64,000 nucleotides of DNA from Lepidodermella squamata (Eukaryota; Animalia; Gastrotricha). Shown piece after piece: positions 12,433 through 25,362 of the stretch. The position numbers and the translations under genes were made by a program. Numbering within the stretch: position 1 is the stretch's first letter; every line of letters starts with the position of its first letter. The stretch is taken from NCBI GenBank assembly GCA_047495785.1, contig JBLDXI010000054.1:1178001-1242000 (forward strand). The letters run 5' to 3'. The notes under the pieces were generated by a model, which saw only the letters and a program-made list of their open reading frames with translations, made no database searches and was not told the DNA's origin.

Positions 12433-15134
12433 TCACAATTCGCTTATTCTTGAGATTCTTCTCGAATTGCCGTTGAAGTCTGTCAACGTTAAAGAAGGAT
12501 GATCTCCCCCTACCTGATGGCTTTGTTTCCATTGTAACTGTGAAATTCGAAAGTTAGGATTGAATCATCCAATTATACTTCAGGGCTTACTTTTGCGGTG
12601 AAAACAACGCAAAGATTTAACAGGACACAGCCGAATATGGTGGCTGATATTGCCAAGCGCTGAAGGGATTGCGCTTTGAAGATGAACACAGAAATAATCG
12701 CCCCACAAAGCAACAGCATCACTGTTCCATAAAAACAGGACCGAGCAGCTTTCAAATCAGGAACATTTGGAACGACTTTCTGAAAAACAAAACGGCTAAT
12801 TTATGATTATGAACTCGATCGTGTACAATTTACCGATCTCAAAGCGTAAGCTAGAAATCCTCCTCGAATGACAATCAGAGCTAAGCAAGAGGAGATGATG
12901 CCGATTATACATAGCGGAACGATTGAGTCCCCTATTTTACAGGAATAGACGATATTCTCATAAGCAATATCCATTCGAGATTCTTGTAGACCAGCCGCTT
13001 CAATGCTGAAGTCGTGAGTCAGCGGTGCGACAAGAAACCAAATAAGTAGGGCGATCACTATAGCGATTAGAAAAACAAGGCCGATGTACACCGCTAATTT
13101 CCTAGAATGTACTTCATCATAGGATTTTTGTACCACAGAACCACGTGTTTTCGGCCGATAACTTGTTCCCCTTATTGTTCCGAATACGCTTTTCAACAGA
13201 GATGCTTGCGGCTGTCTAGGCTTCATTGATAGGAAAATATTCAGTGCGAGATGAAGTTTTGCAACCATGGCGTATAGAACACAAAACAGGCCGATGAATA
13301 TCAAACCAATCGACGCCATACAGTCCAATGCCATTGTGCTGCTATACTCCCGTCTTTGAATCAGGACAGCAATGAGCAGAAACGCATCGCCCAGAAGTAA
13401 GAAATAGTACAAAGCCGATGAAGAATGCTTTGATTCCGCTGATTTGACATGATGAGCTAGGAAAATAGAAATGCCTACAACGCAAAACAGTTCAAGGCCA
13501 GCCAATGTCGTAACAGTGATGTAGCCTTCGGTAGAAATGAGCGGCGAGATGATTCGAATAATCTCAACGGAATCGACTGGAGGTTTCCCACTTTTTGTGC
13601 GCCAGTTAATCGGGATTGGCCCAATCGTCAGCTTTTTCGAGCCTGTTTCGAAAACTGCGACTGGTTGTAACGTGAAGGTGCCTGTGGAGGAATATCGAAA
13701 GAACCCATATGCCATATTTCCTCCAGTATTGCGGGTTGTATTTCGCTCGAAACTGATTTCACCAAGTTTTGCAACTACACGTGTTGAATAAAGGGACGAT
13801 TTCAACTCTTCAGCTATGACCTCTCCGTTTCTTTTAAATCTGTGAGTATTAGTTGACCAATCCATAAGAGTTTGGTTCCTCCCATTCAAAGAAGTTTCTG
13901 TTGCGTTGAGGACAAAGAGAGCGAACAGAAGAGGATCATAGAAAAAAGCTCTATTACTCCACGATCTTGACTGCGTGGAATCCAGAATCATCGAGCTGAT
14001 TGCCGAGTCGAAATCTGAACCACTGTTACCCAGGGAATCGATTTTACTCATTCGGCCTAGATCCATGGCAGAGGCTGGTCCATGAATAATTACGCTCCGC
14101 AGAACGTCTCGAAGCATTTCGGTTGTACACCAGCTGAATCTATATGGGTCATTTTCTTGAAATGCCCCTCTCCAAATTATGAAAAATACGTAACTAGGTC
14201 CATAAATCCCGTATCTGTGGAGCCAGCATGCGATTCTTGCTGGGTAGAAAGCTCCAATTAGAATTATTCTAGGGTCCGCGGTCAGCATTTCTTCGACTGT
14301 TGCCTGGACAGCTTCAGATTCTGAAGGTATGCCATAGACCCAAGGTATCTTAAATATTCCGAGTGTTTTAATGCCGAAACCAGACTCCAGCTTTTGTGAC
14401 ACTTCAATCTCCAGTTGATTCAGAATCCCATACATTTCTGAGATTTGGGCGATTTTCAGCCACTTCAACTGAGCCATCAATCTTCCTACAGCATTGTAAC
14501 CTTCACTGACAGAAGGCGCCATTACGAAAAAGTTTCGAAAACTATTCCGATACAAATCGACTTCATCCATTGACGTCGAAGCTGTTATCTAAACATCAAT
14601 ATACGAGAATGAAACTATTACAGGATTCTAGTCTCAAGAAAAACCAACCCCTACGAAGTTCTGCGCAGCCATGAATTGGCCGTTGTAATAGTGCGATGGA
14701 CACGTAGAGTGGACAATTATTGGGATCCTGCCGATAGCTCGGTCGTTTCGATCCATTTGGGATAGAAAGCCTTTGATTCCAGGCGGTCGGCTGCACTAAA
14801 CGGAAAATATTGAATTAGTTTGACGTCTAAATAGTGAGTTTATGGAACCTACGATGTCGTCATAGGGCTCAATCGCTATATCGTAGTTAGCCAGCAAGTT
14901 CGGGACATTTCTTATGCTATCCAGAGCGTAGCGCATAGGTTCCGTACAGAGGGGGCCTATGTTAAGTGAAGGCGGCCCGCCGTAGTTGCATGAGGCTAGT
15001 ATTGTTAGCAACGGGCGGCTGCTGTTACGGGTGTAATTCGAGGGAAAAACCATGGCTGGTATCGGGCTGGACATGTTCGTTTGAGATGAACAGCTATTCG
15101 GTACAATTAGTAGTACAAGAAGTAAAAGGAACAT
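12433..15134 (-). CDS. GABA-B-like class C GPCR, paralogue A (5 exons)
   Basis: Signal peptide MFLLLLVLLIVPNSCSS. Venus-flytrap motifs (ALDSIRNVPNLLANYDI...DDIC, DPRII, GIYGPSYV, WCTTEM) and seven TM helices with GABA-B-like AMVAKL, WFLVAPL, GFLAYALRS and VPDLK. Introns 14796..14852, 14589..14648, 12780..12833, 12538..12590. Confidence 0.88.
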
Positions 15135-15799
15135 TTCAAAGCACGTTCGCGAGAAGTTAGAAGAAATGTCAGATCTCCCCCTGTTTTCGATTGGCTTCAT
15201 GAGTATTTGCGTGGAAATGATTAGCATGATTACAGTGTTTTCCGAGACGGCAGCTTGCGCTGATCAATCTTACGAAATGCAAGTCCGGTTGATAGTACTA
15301 TGAGGTGCGCAATGAAGTTCCATGCAACGTTAAGTTTGAGGCTTTGGACAATTGTCACTCGCGAGCTAGGTTAAAAGTGACAAGGGGACAAGGTTTCAAG
15401 AAAAAACATGAAGTTGCCTGCCCCTGTCGGCCACTGAAAGCGTATGGTCAAAAAATGTATAAGATGCTGATAATGGGGTATCTGAAACTGATAATTTATT
15501 GTCGAAGCCCATAAATTCCCCAGAAACATATATAATTATTCTCGCGTGAACTGACTATGCATCAATTCTTGCGTAGGGTCAAAAATCTTGCGAAAGAACA
15601 TATTTTGTACTATTTCCAAGATTTTCTAGGGCTTGGTCATACCAACAAACACATCGCGAAACTATAATGTGGAATGTGGCCAGGTGCACTTGCGTTTGCG
15701 TTGCAAAGTTAACCATTTCACTTTATTCCTTTATTCATCAGCGTTCTTAGGAGCCTGGAGCCTTCATTATTATTCGATCAGGATCAGGTTCGAGTCGGC

Positions 15800-16480
15800 A
15801 ACATTATCGGCATAGCTAGTAGCTGATGACGATTTGCTATCATTGCCAGATTTCTATAAAAGTATTTTGCTGCGCGTAATGTCTCAACGCATAATGACCA
15901 CGCCGAGCGTAATTGCGAATATATTCGATCTGTTCCTTGAACAGAAGTTAAAAGTTAACGATCGAGGATAAAGCCGAGAATGTTCATTTTGTCCGAAGGC
16001 AAGAGAATAGCGTTGTTCATGAGGATTCTTACTTCTGTAATCGATTTACTTTCGGCACCACTCACCATTAGTTGCGATTTCTAGGCGTTCACTATCAGGC
16101 TATTGCTTCCAAGCCAGTCTGCTACTTTCTGAACATCGAGCGGCAATGTCCTGACTTGAGCAGTAGATCGTGGTGTCGTCGGCGTAGAAGAAAATTTTGT
16201 GAGTACGTCGGAACAAGAGCCACGTTGATGGCGTAGATTGTAAAACGTAACGGTCCGATCACACTTCCCATTAAATTGATCGAGTGCGCTGATCGAACCC
16301 TGCGTTTGAAAGCGACGCCGTGATGCCTTCCGGATCAATCGTGTCGATCGATTGAAAGAGCCACAGTAGCCATATCTTTATCTTTATCCATAGCAACTCA
16401 CAAATCTTCGATAATTTTGCATAAACAGGAGTCATAGGAGTGGAAACATCTAAAACCATATTGACTGGGAGAATTTACTT
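15800..16480 (-). mobile_element. Degenerate CR1/L2-type LINE reverse transcriptase remnant
   Basis: Minus strand gives FFYADDT (~16172..16192), DVQKVADWLGSNSLIVNA*KSQLMV and NILGFILD, spread over shifted frames. Confidence 0.75.
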
Positions 16481-18017
16481 TGTTCTCGTCCTACACGCCT
16501 TCATATGATAATTTGAGGCCTGTAATAAGTTGTCGTATTTTAGCCTGGCAAGTAAACCTCGACAGTTTCGGGTTACCCTATGGAAAATGTTGAGCGATTG
16601 GAATATGATCGAAAGAAATAACTTGACGTCAAATTGTCGACGAATAATGAAAACTGTAACACCAATCAAATTTGTTTCTCTCGCGTCACATTCCCCAGAA
16701 TACGGTGTGCCTATTGGCCACTATGCATCATTATTCGGGGCCGTCACTTGCGGTTTCTGGTCGCAATGTGACTCGATTCCACCTTGATTGCGACTGATCT
16801 GCATATGATTTGCAGTTTTCAAGCAAAAAACTAAGAAAACGTTGTACCTTTCTTTACCTGGTCATGGCTCCAAGGCAACAAAATAATTTAACCCTTCGTT
16901 CGTTTAACCTTAGCACTAGCTGAAGGCGTTTCCGATGGTTTCATCAGATTTACCGGATTCAAAAACCCTGATTTTTCAGAATTTGTTTTGGAGAAGAGCG
17001 TCGGGAGGTTTTCAAAATTGTACCGTCCCCGGTATAAGAAAGTGACTCTAACCAGGGTGCTTCAATCGTGGGAGTACTGTATGTTATTACTTTCAACGAC
17101 CAAAGACCAAAGCCGCCGGATGCTACCTATTAGTATGCGGAAGTTTGGTTGGACACTCAACTTGATCAGAAAGCTGCAAATGAACGGCCGTTCATAGCCT
17201 GGCCTTGCATTGTTTACAGAAAATTTGTAACCGGAGACCACTTTCAGGATTTCTTTGGGGGGTGTTTAACACCCAAAACCCCCCCTGTCTACGCCTCTGG
17301 CTGATTGCTGATTCATCAGTCCGTTCGTCGGCTGTCAGCTGAAGCTTTCATTAGTTCAACGACGAGAGATGCAATAACCAGCTCACCCACTCCAAGTTAA
17401 TCGACGTAATAGTTTGAACCTATTTTTTTTAATCAGCAAAAAGCAATCGATAAGATTTGAAAATAGCGCCATCTACGTGAAGATTTACGGATTCGTTCGT
17501 TTAATTGCGGCGAGAAGAAAATCTTTCGAAAAGACTTCAAGCGTGTTTTAACAGACAAGTTCCCCTGGACGAGCTTTCAATTTTATAACCCGCTGATTCG
17601 TCTATGTTCTACGAAGTTCTTCTCGTATGGCCGTTGCAATCTGTCAAGGGTCAAGGCTGAACAATAGGGTCTCCCATTGACAATGAGGCTATATGAATAT
17701 GAGGCGCTGGCCACTTGTAATTTGCATTGAAACTCTAATTATGAACTATTTATGATGAATCAATCATTGAAAATCCGGCCGAAAAGTGTGGATCTCATGA
17801 ATTCTCGAAAGAAATATCGAAAAACTTGGACATAGTTTTAAGGTAATAATGAACCTGGCGTTTCGATTTCTTTGCCGATACTGAAAAACGATAAACGATT
17901 AGTTGCACCCTTCAAAAAATATAAAAAATTCAGAGTATTCATACAAACATTTATGCAATTAATTTAGAGTGCAAATTTCATAATTAGCGACAACAGGCGA
18001 GTACGTGATCTGCCACA

Positions 18018-20646
18018 TCATTTTCTATGGTGTCTTCCATCAGCACCAACCTGATGCCTGTGTTTCCATTGCAACTGTCAAATGTGAAACTTAAAACTGA
18101 ATTATCAAATATATTTGTTCTGGACTTACCTCAGCTGTGAAAACAACCGCTAGATTCAACAGAACACAGCCGAAGATAGTTGCTGAAATTGCTAAACGCT
18201 GAAGGGACTGTGCCTGGAAGATGAACACAGAAATAATTGCTCCACAGAGCAACAGCATGACGGTCCCATAAAAACATAACCGAATAGCTTTCAAATCAGG
18301 AATATTTGCAGCGAATTTCTGCAAGACAAAACAGCTGAGTATGCGTTACAAAATCGATCAACTTACCGATCTCAGAGCGTAGGCTAGTAAACCTCCTCGA
18401 ATGACAATCAGAGCTAAGCAAGAGGATATAATTCCGATGATGCATAGCGGAACGATTGAGTCCCCTATTTGACACGAATAGACGATATTCTCATAAGCAA
18501 TATCCATTCGAGATTCTTGTAGACCAGCCGCTTCAATACTGAAATCGTGAGTCATCGGTGCGATAAGAAACCATATCAGAAGGGCGATCACTATAGCGAG
18601 CAGCAAAATTAGGCCGATGAAACCAACGATGTAGGCTGACTTCATAGAATGTTCATGATAGGAATTTTGTACAGCAGAAGCACGTGTTTTCGGCCGAGAA
18701 TGCCCCCTTATCGTTCCGAAAAAGCTTTTCAACGAAGATACTTGCTGCCGCCGTGGCTTTTTCAGGGTGAGATGAAGTTTCGCAACCATGGCGTAAAGCA
18801 CGCAAAACAGGCCGATAAAGATCAAGCCGATCGACGCCATACAGTCCCTTTCCATAGTGCTGCAATACTCCTTCCTTTGAATCAGGACAGCGATGAGCAG
18901 TAGCGCATCTCCGAGCAGCAAGAAGTAGTAAAAAGCCAATGAGGAATGCTTTGATCCTACTGATTTGGCATGATAAACTAGGAAAACCGCAATACCAGCA
19001 ACGCAGAAAAGTTCAATGCTAGCTAATGTCGTAATTGCAATGAAGCCTTCGGTTGAAATGAGCGGAAGGACGATTCGAATAATTTCGACGGAATCAACTG
19101 GTGGCTTCCCACTTTTTGTGCCCCAGTTGATCGCAATAGGTCCAATTGTCAGCTTTTTCAAGCCTGTTTCGAAAACTGCGATTGGTTGTAACATGAAGGG
19201 ACCGGTTGATGAATATCGAAAGAACCCATATGCCATATTTCCTCCAGTATTGCGAGTTGTATTTCGCTGGAAACCGATTTCACCTAGTTTTGTGACCACA
19301 CGGGTTGAATAAAGCGATGTTTTCAACTCCTCCGCTATAACCTTTCCGTTGTCTCTAAATCTTTGAGTGTTAGTCGACCAATCCAGAAGAGTTTGGTTTT
19401 TTCTATTGAAAGAAGTTTCCGTTGCATTGAGGACGAACAGAGTGAACAAAAATGGATCGTAGAATTGAGCTCTACTACCCCAAGAGCTCGACTCTTTAGC
19501 ATCCTGAATCATTGAGCTGATTGCCGAGTCGAAATCAGAGCCACTATTACCCAGGGAATCGATGTTACCCATTTGACCCAGATCCATTGCAGTGGCTGGT
19601 CCGTGAATAATTGAGCTCTGCAGAACATCTCGAAGCATTTCGGTGGTACACCAGCTGAATCTAGTCGGATCATTTGGTTGAAAAGCGACCCTGCTAGTCA
19701 TTAAAAATACGTAACTAGGTCCATAAATCCCGTATCGGTGGAGCCAGCATGCGATTCTTGCTGGAAACGCAGCCACCATCACAATGATTCTAGGATCGAC
19801 AGTCATCATTTCTTTGACTGTGGCTTTAACATCCTCTGATTCAGAAAGTATGCCGTAGACCCAGGGTATCTTGAAAATCCCAATTGTTTTAATGCCGAAT
19901 TCTGCCTCTAACGTTTGTGACACTTCCATCTCCAATTGATTTATAAGCCCATACATTTCCGAAATGTGGGCCATTTTCAGCCACTTCATCTCAGCCATAA
20001 ATCTTCCTGCAGCATTGAAATTCTCGCCGACAGAAGGTGCCATGACGAAAAAATTGCGGAGGCGATTTCGATACAAATCAACTTCGTCCATTGAAGAAGA
20101 CGTCGCTATCTAAATATCAATAAAAATGAAACAATTGCTAGATTCCAGTCTGGAATTAACAGACCCCAACAAAATTCTGCGCAGCCATGGTTTGACCGTT
20201 GTAGTAGTGCGCTGGACATGTTGAGTGGACGATAAAAGGGACCCTGCCGATAACTTTGTCGTTTCGATCCATTTGGGATAGAAAGCCTTTAATTCCAGGC
20301 GGTCGGCTGCACTGAAAAATAGAGGAAAATCAGTTGTATAGCTAGATGGCGCTTTGATATCTACCATGTCTTCATACGGCTCAATTGCTATATCGTAGTT
20401 AGCCAGCAAGTTCGGGACATTTCTAATGCTATCCAGGGCGTAGCGCATCGGCTCCGTACAGAGGGGCCCGATGTTAAGTGAAGGCTGCCCGCCGTAGTTG
20501 CAGGAGGCAAGTATTGTTAGAAGAGGACGGCTACTGTTACGGGTGTAATTCGAGGGAAAAACCATAGCTGGTATCGGGCTGGACATGTTCGATTTAGATG
20601 AGCAGCTATTCGGTACAATTACTAGTACAAGAATTAATAGAAACAT
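18018..20646 (-). CDS. GABA-B-like class C GPCR, paralogue B
   Basis: Close tandem paralogue of A with the same exon plan (ORFs 20110..20658, 18358..20091, 18091..18324). The last exon is interrupted by a ~380-bp insertion that supplies the stop at 18018. Confidence 0.85.
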
Positions 20647-21605
20647 TTCAAAGCGCATTCGCGAAACTATGAAAGAACTATCCCTCTGCTGGCTTCATGA
20701 GCATTTGCGTGGAAATGATTAGCATGATTAGAGATTTCCGTCGATCAATCTCACGTAAAGCATGTCTGCTTGGCTGTATCACGAGGTCTGTTTTCTGTTT
20801 CTTGCCAAGCTCAGCGCTAGGCTTACGACAGTTGTCACCGGCGCGCTCATTGGCGAAGTGACATGGAGACAAACGGGGCAAAATATATGAAAGTATTCCG
20901 TTAGCCACTGCAAAAGCATGGTTGAAAAGCATATAAGTGGATGTACAAAGTGCTTGAGTGGGGTCTCTTAAGTTGATTGCAATTATTAAGTCAAACATCG
21001 CCATCATTGCGTTTTCATTGTGAGAATACAGCCATTCGGCGTTATTTTCCGGTTGATTCCTGGCTTTCACTATAAATATCTCAATATAAGGCGAAATATA
21101 GGTGAATCTCGATACTGCCGCTCAGCCATATTGTTTAGTCAGCACGTCATCGTTAAAACCAGAATCAGAAACCTTCGAATTGATTGACATTGCTTATTTA
21201 GCCATCTTTCAGTTACACACCGTAAAACTAGTACAGGGCCCAGGGCACAGAGACGAAATCTCAATTTCCCGTTACTGGGCATCGGATTGAGTATTTTTAG
21301 TTATAGTTAAAAAATAAAAAAAATATATGCAAAAATATAATTCTTGAAATAACTTTTGGGACGGGAATTTCTCTGCCGGCAGGAAATTATTTTACGACTC
21401 ACGAGGCTTTACTCTTGAGGAACCGTAAAAAACGTATTCGCACCGCTCAAGTATATCATTATTTACCACGTCACACACTGAATAGAATCACGCTCGTTTT
21501 TTTCGTAATCTTGAAAAAAAGTTCTTCATTATTACATTCATCGGCGTGCATACACACAGTTATATACATATACATACATACGCTAAAGAGCATAAGCGTG
21601 CCGTC

Positions 21606-22985
21606 ATGAAAAACGGCTTTTTTTACTTGGCGTTCCTGCTTTGCGTAAAACGTGGCATCGCGGAAACGACACTGTCAGATGCTCTTGCAGCCACACTGTC
21701 AACAATACCACCGAAATTCAAGTCAGATGCTCTTACAACCCTGCAATTGGTCACTCAGATGCAGCAAAATTTCGCTGCGGCATCATCGATGCAATCGAGG
21801 TCAAACGACTCGACTTTCAACCCAACGAGATTTCTGTTATCAAAATGCAGAATTCAACCATTCGTTAATTCGCCAGACGAATTCCAGGGGAAAGTTACGG
21901 AGTTGCATGTCGAGCTGTTAATCGATCGTTTCAAGGCTATTGACGATCTAACAGAGAGATTCTCATTCGTCGGTGCTCTTTTTTACAACTGGCGGGCTCC
22001 TTGTGTAGCCCAAGCTGCTTCGAGCCCTGAATGGCCGGCAACCCTACTTTCAATGCCTAATACAGCAGATGTTAGAAGCTACTGGGTTCCAAGATTCGCT
22101 CATCGAAATTCGTTGCGGGATCTCCTGATGAGAAGAGATTTCTCCTTCTTCCTAAACGTCCTCCCTAAAGTTGGCGTGTTCAGTGTAGTTCAAATGGGGA
22201 CATTCAACGCGTACTGCGATATTGATGTCACTAAATTCCCGTACGATATTCAAACTTGCAGCGTCCATCTTTTGCTGCTCTATCCAACAAAATATGTGAC
22301 AATAACTGAGATCGGGTGGCAGAAGTCGCTTCAAACAGTGGACTTCATTGGCGTGAATGCTCCGTGGGAATACGTATCGAATTCAACCAACATTTCGCAA
22401 ATCAGCGTGCCACCGATTGGCAATTTTTCCCAGGCAACTTACACATTCGTCTTCAAGCGGAAGTACCAATGGATTCTTTTCAACCTGCTAACGCCGAGTT
22501 TTGTGCTAAATATCCTCCTTATTCAAATGTTTTTCATTCCTGGTGAGTTCAAAATCGATTTCCAGAACATTGTTCAAAGATTTTTCATTCAGGAGATAAC
22601 ACTGGGCGATTATCCTATTGTTTGAGGCTTCTCATCAACGTATTCTTCTTATTGGTTTGGATTTTTCTAGTTTCATGATTTTTTGAATTTTTGTTGAATT
22701 TTTTTGCAGAGGCGAGTTCAAGCCAGCATTCCCAGAACGCCACAGCCAATGATTATCACATATTACACCTTTGTCCTCCTGCTTTTCGCCCTCGGGTATT
22801 GCCTGTATGCTGGTACTATCATCTATGTCAATAAATTCCACGATGCAGTCGCGAAAAAAGAAATATCGGTCTTCCCAAACTGGACAACCAAGCGGGCCTA
22901 CGTCATCGAGGCGATTTGCTGCACAATCGGAATTATAATTTACATTATCATCAATCTTGTTGTATTTCCTTATGCTATGAGCTGA
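21606..22985 (+). CDS. Divergent Cys-loop ligand-gated ion channel subunit (LGIC-3), 3 exons
   Basis: Signal peptide MKNGFFYLAFLLCVKRGIA, YWVPRF, Cys-loop CDIDVTKFPYDIQTC and FKRKY. Introns 22543..22592 and 22655..22709 flank the M2 exon. Confidence 0.88.
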
Positions 22986-23684
22986 TATGATTAGTTTCAC
23001 GTCTTTAATAATTTTTTTACCCGACCTTTGTTGGAATAAAATGATCGTGGTACAATTTTTTGTTCTCGTTTCTCGGGCCATGGGTTATTTCGGGAATAAC
23101 ACCCCGGGTAAACAAAGGCGGCACGAGCGAACAATTGATCAGAGCAAAAAGTTTATCCCGGCTTTGATGAGGGGATAATCTCACTACACGTGTTTAAACA
23201 AAGCCTAGGTATCAATGTGGGTTGAGCTAACACTTGAACGTGTATTCACAGGTATTATTAGCCAAAGAAGTACCAAGCTTTTCATTGAAATAATACGTCA
23301 AAGGGTTCTAGATCTTTTGAATCTTTTAATCCAAACACAGGCCGTTTTACTCTAATTTAACGACATCGAGGGTCATTTGCCATCAATATAGAACTGTGGT
23401 ACACGAATGAAATGTTACTTTTCTGCACTTTTTTACCTTTACTGCTTTCATTTCGCATGACCTGCCGCCACACAAATTGAGCTTCTTTTGATGAAGAAAT
23501 TCCACCTGCCACGGTTGACGGAACCTCGCGGCGTTGACCTTAGTAATGAAGTCGTAAAAAATGGAACGCGCGTAGTCGATCAATAACGCAATTTTTTTTC
23601 AAACAATAAGCCGAGCTTTATGACACTTTCTCTAGTTTTGAGACATTTCTTTGAGGTTTAATCAATATTTTCTGTGTTTAGAAA

Positions 23685-25095
23685 ATGGAACTGAGACATT
23701 TCTTAATATGTGCATTGGCGATTTTCAAAATCGTCAACGCCCAAAATGGGAATCAAAGTTTAGCAGTCGATACAACCTCAATAGCACCTCCGACTACAGC
23801 GAGACCCTCGACTACAGTCCCCAAGCTATCAACAACTGAGATTCTAACAACAATCCGGTCTTTATCCGCCCAGAATGGAGCTGCAAGTGGACTGCCAACA
23901 AATTTCAACCCGCAAAACTTCAACCCAACCCAATTTCTGCAGTCGAAATGCCGCCTGGCTCCTTACATCAACTCGCCGGATGAATTCAATAACGCGAAAA
24001 CTGAACTTCACATTAGCTTGGAGGTTGATCGATTCATCGGTATCAACGATATCGACGAATCCTTTATCTTTGTCGGAGCCCTTTTCTACAGCTGGCAGGT
24101 ACCTTGCGTCGCAAATATCGCCCGAACTGACCCGGATTGGCCGAAAAATCTGACATCGATGCCAAATATCGCGGATGGTAGCAACTACTGGATGCCGCGT
24201 TTTGCCCATCGAAATTCGCTGACGGATCTTTTGATGAGAAACTCGTTCTCCCTGTTCATGAACGTCATACCACCTGTTGGGCTGTTCATCACGGTTCAAA
24301 TGGGCACGTTCAACTCGTACTGCGATTTGGACCTGAGTGACTACCCGTTCGATGAGCAGATTTGCCACGTTGATCTGCTGACACTCTACCCAACAAAATA
24401 CGTGACAATCAAAGATGTTGGCTTCCTGCATTTATTCGAGGGATCTTTCATGGGTGTTAACACTGCCTGGGAGTATGTTTCGAACTACACGACAATCACA
24501 GCTGTTCCAGTCCCGCCTTTAGGAGATTTCGCCCAGGCGACGTACTACTTCAAGTTCAGAAGGCGTCCGGCCTACATTATGTACAATCTGTTCACTCCGA
24601 GCTTTGTACTCAACATTCTTCTGATTGGAATGTTCTTCATTCAAGGTTTGATTGCGCTCTTATGGATAATTTTTCTCAATTTTTGTGATTTTTCAGCTGA
24701 TTCTGCGAGTCGCCTTTCCTACTCTGTCACCTTGCTTCTGTCAGTGTTCGTGTTGCAGGTTGGTTTCATTGATGGTTTCAAGAGAAAAACCAGTACAATC
24801 TTTTTTTCATAATATGCAGACACAAATCCTGAACACGATTCCTAAAACGCCACAACCCATCGTAATCACGTTCTACACATTCGCTCTACTACTGTATGCC
24901 ATGTGTATGAGCTTATACGCCGGTGCGATTCTCTACTACCTAACTTTCCACGGCGAGCACGCCAAGGCTGAGGTCATTCTCTGGGAGAAAATGACCGTGA
25001 AGTTTTATAAAATCATAGAAACGGTTGCCTTCATCATCGCGATCGCTGTTTACATCATCATCAACATTGTCGCTTTTTCGCTTGCCAGAAGTTAA
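23685..25095 (+). CDS. Divergent Cys-loop ligand-gated ion channel subunit (LGIC-4), 3 exons
   Basis: Tandem paralogue of LGIC-3. Signal peptide, Thr/Pro-rich N-terminal extension, Cys-loop CDLDLSDYPFDEQIC, FRRRP; introns 24646..24696 and 24759..24819. Confidence 0.88.
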
Positions 25096-25362
25096 CATTT
25101 CAATCAGGGTTTAGGGCTGTATCCACAGGGTAAATTCGCATTCTTGACGGTTTGAAACAGAACAAATAAATGAGAGTCTGTGTCGAACATTTGTGGACAT
25201 TGGGATGCTAGAAGCTTCAAAAAGCAATCATCTCGAGCGAGCACGAGACATGCTTATTAGCCTAATCACACGTAACGACGTAACTGTAAAGCTCTTACGC
25301 CTCCGATCATCAGGCATGACAAATCGGTCGATTCCAGTATAGTTCTCTTTCAGCCTTTCATC

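Noticed and set aside
13537-13791. Recurrent antisense ORFs in receptor genes (also 19016, 26620, 44657) and antisense/alternate-frame ORFs of peptide genes
   Set aside because: These are shadows of conserved sense-strand coding sequence with no independent features.
15135-15227. Upstream in-frame ATG extension (MLIISTQILMKP...) for receptors A and G
   Set aside because: The homologous stretch is interrupted by a stop in paralogue B (20678), and the signal peptide starts at MFLLL; treated as 5' UTR.
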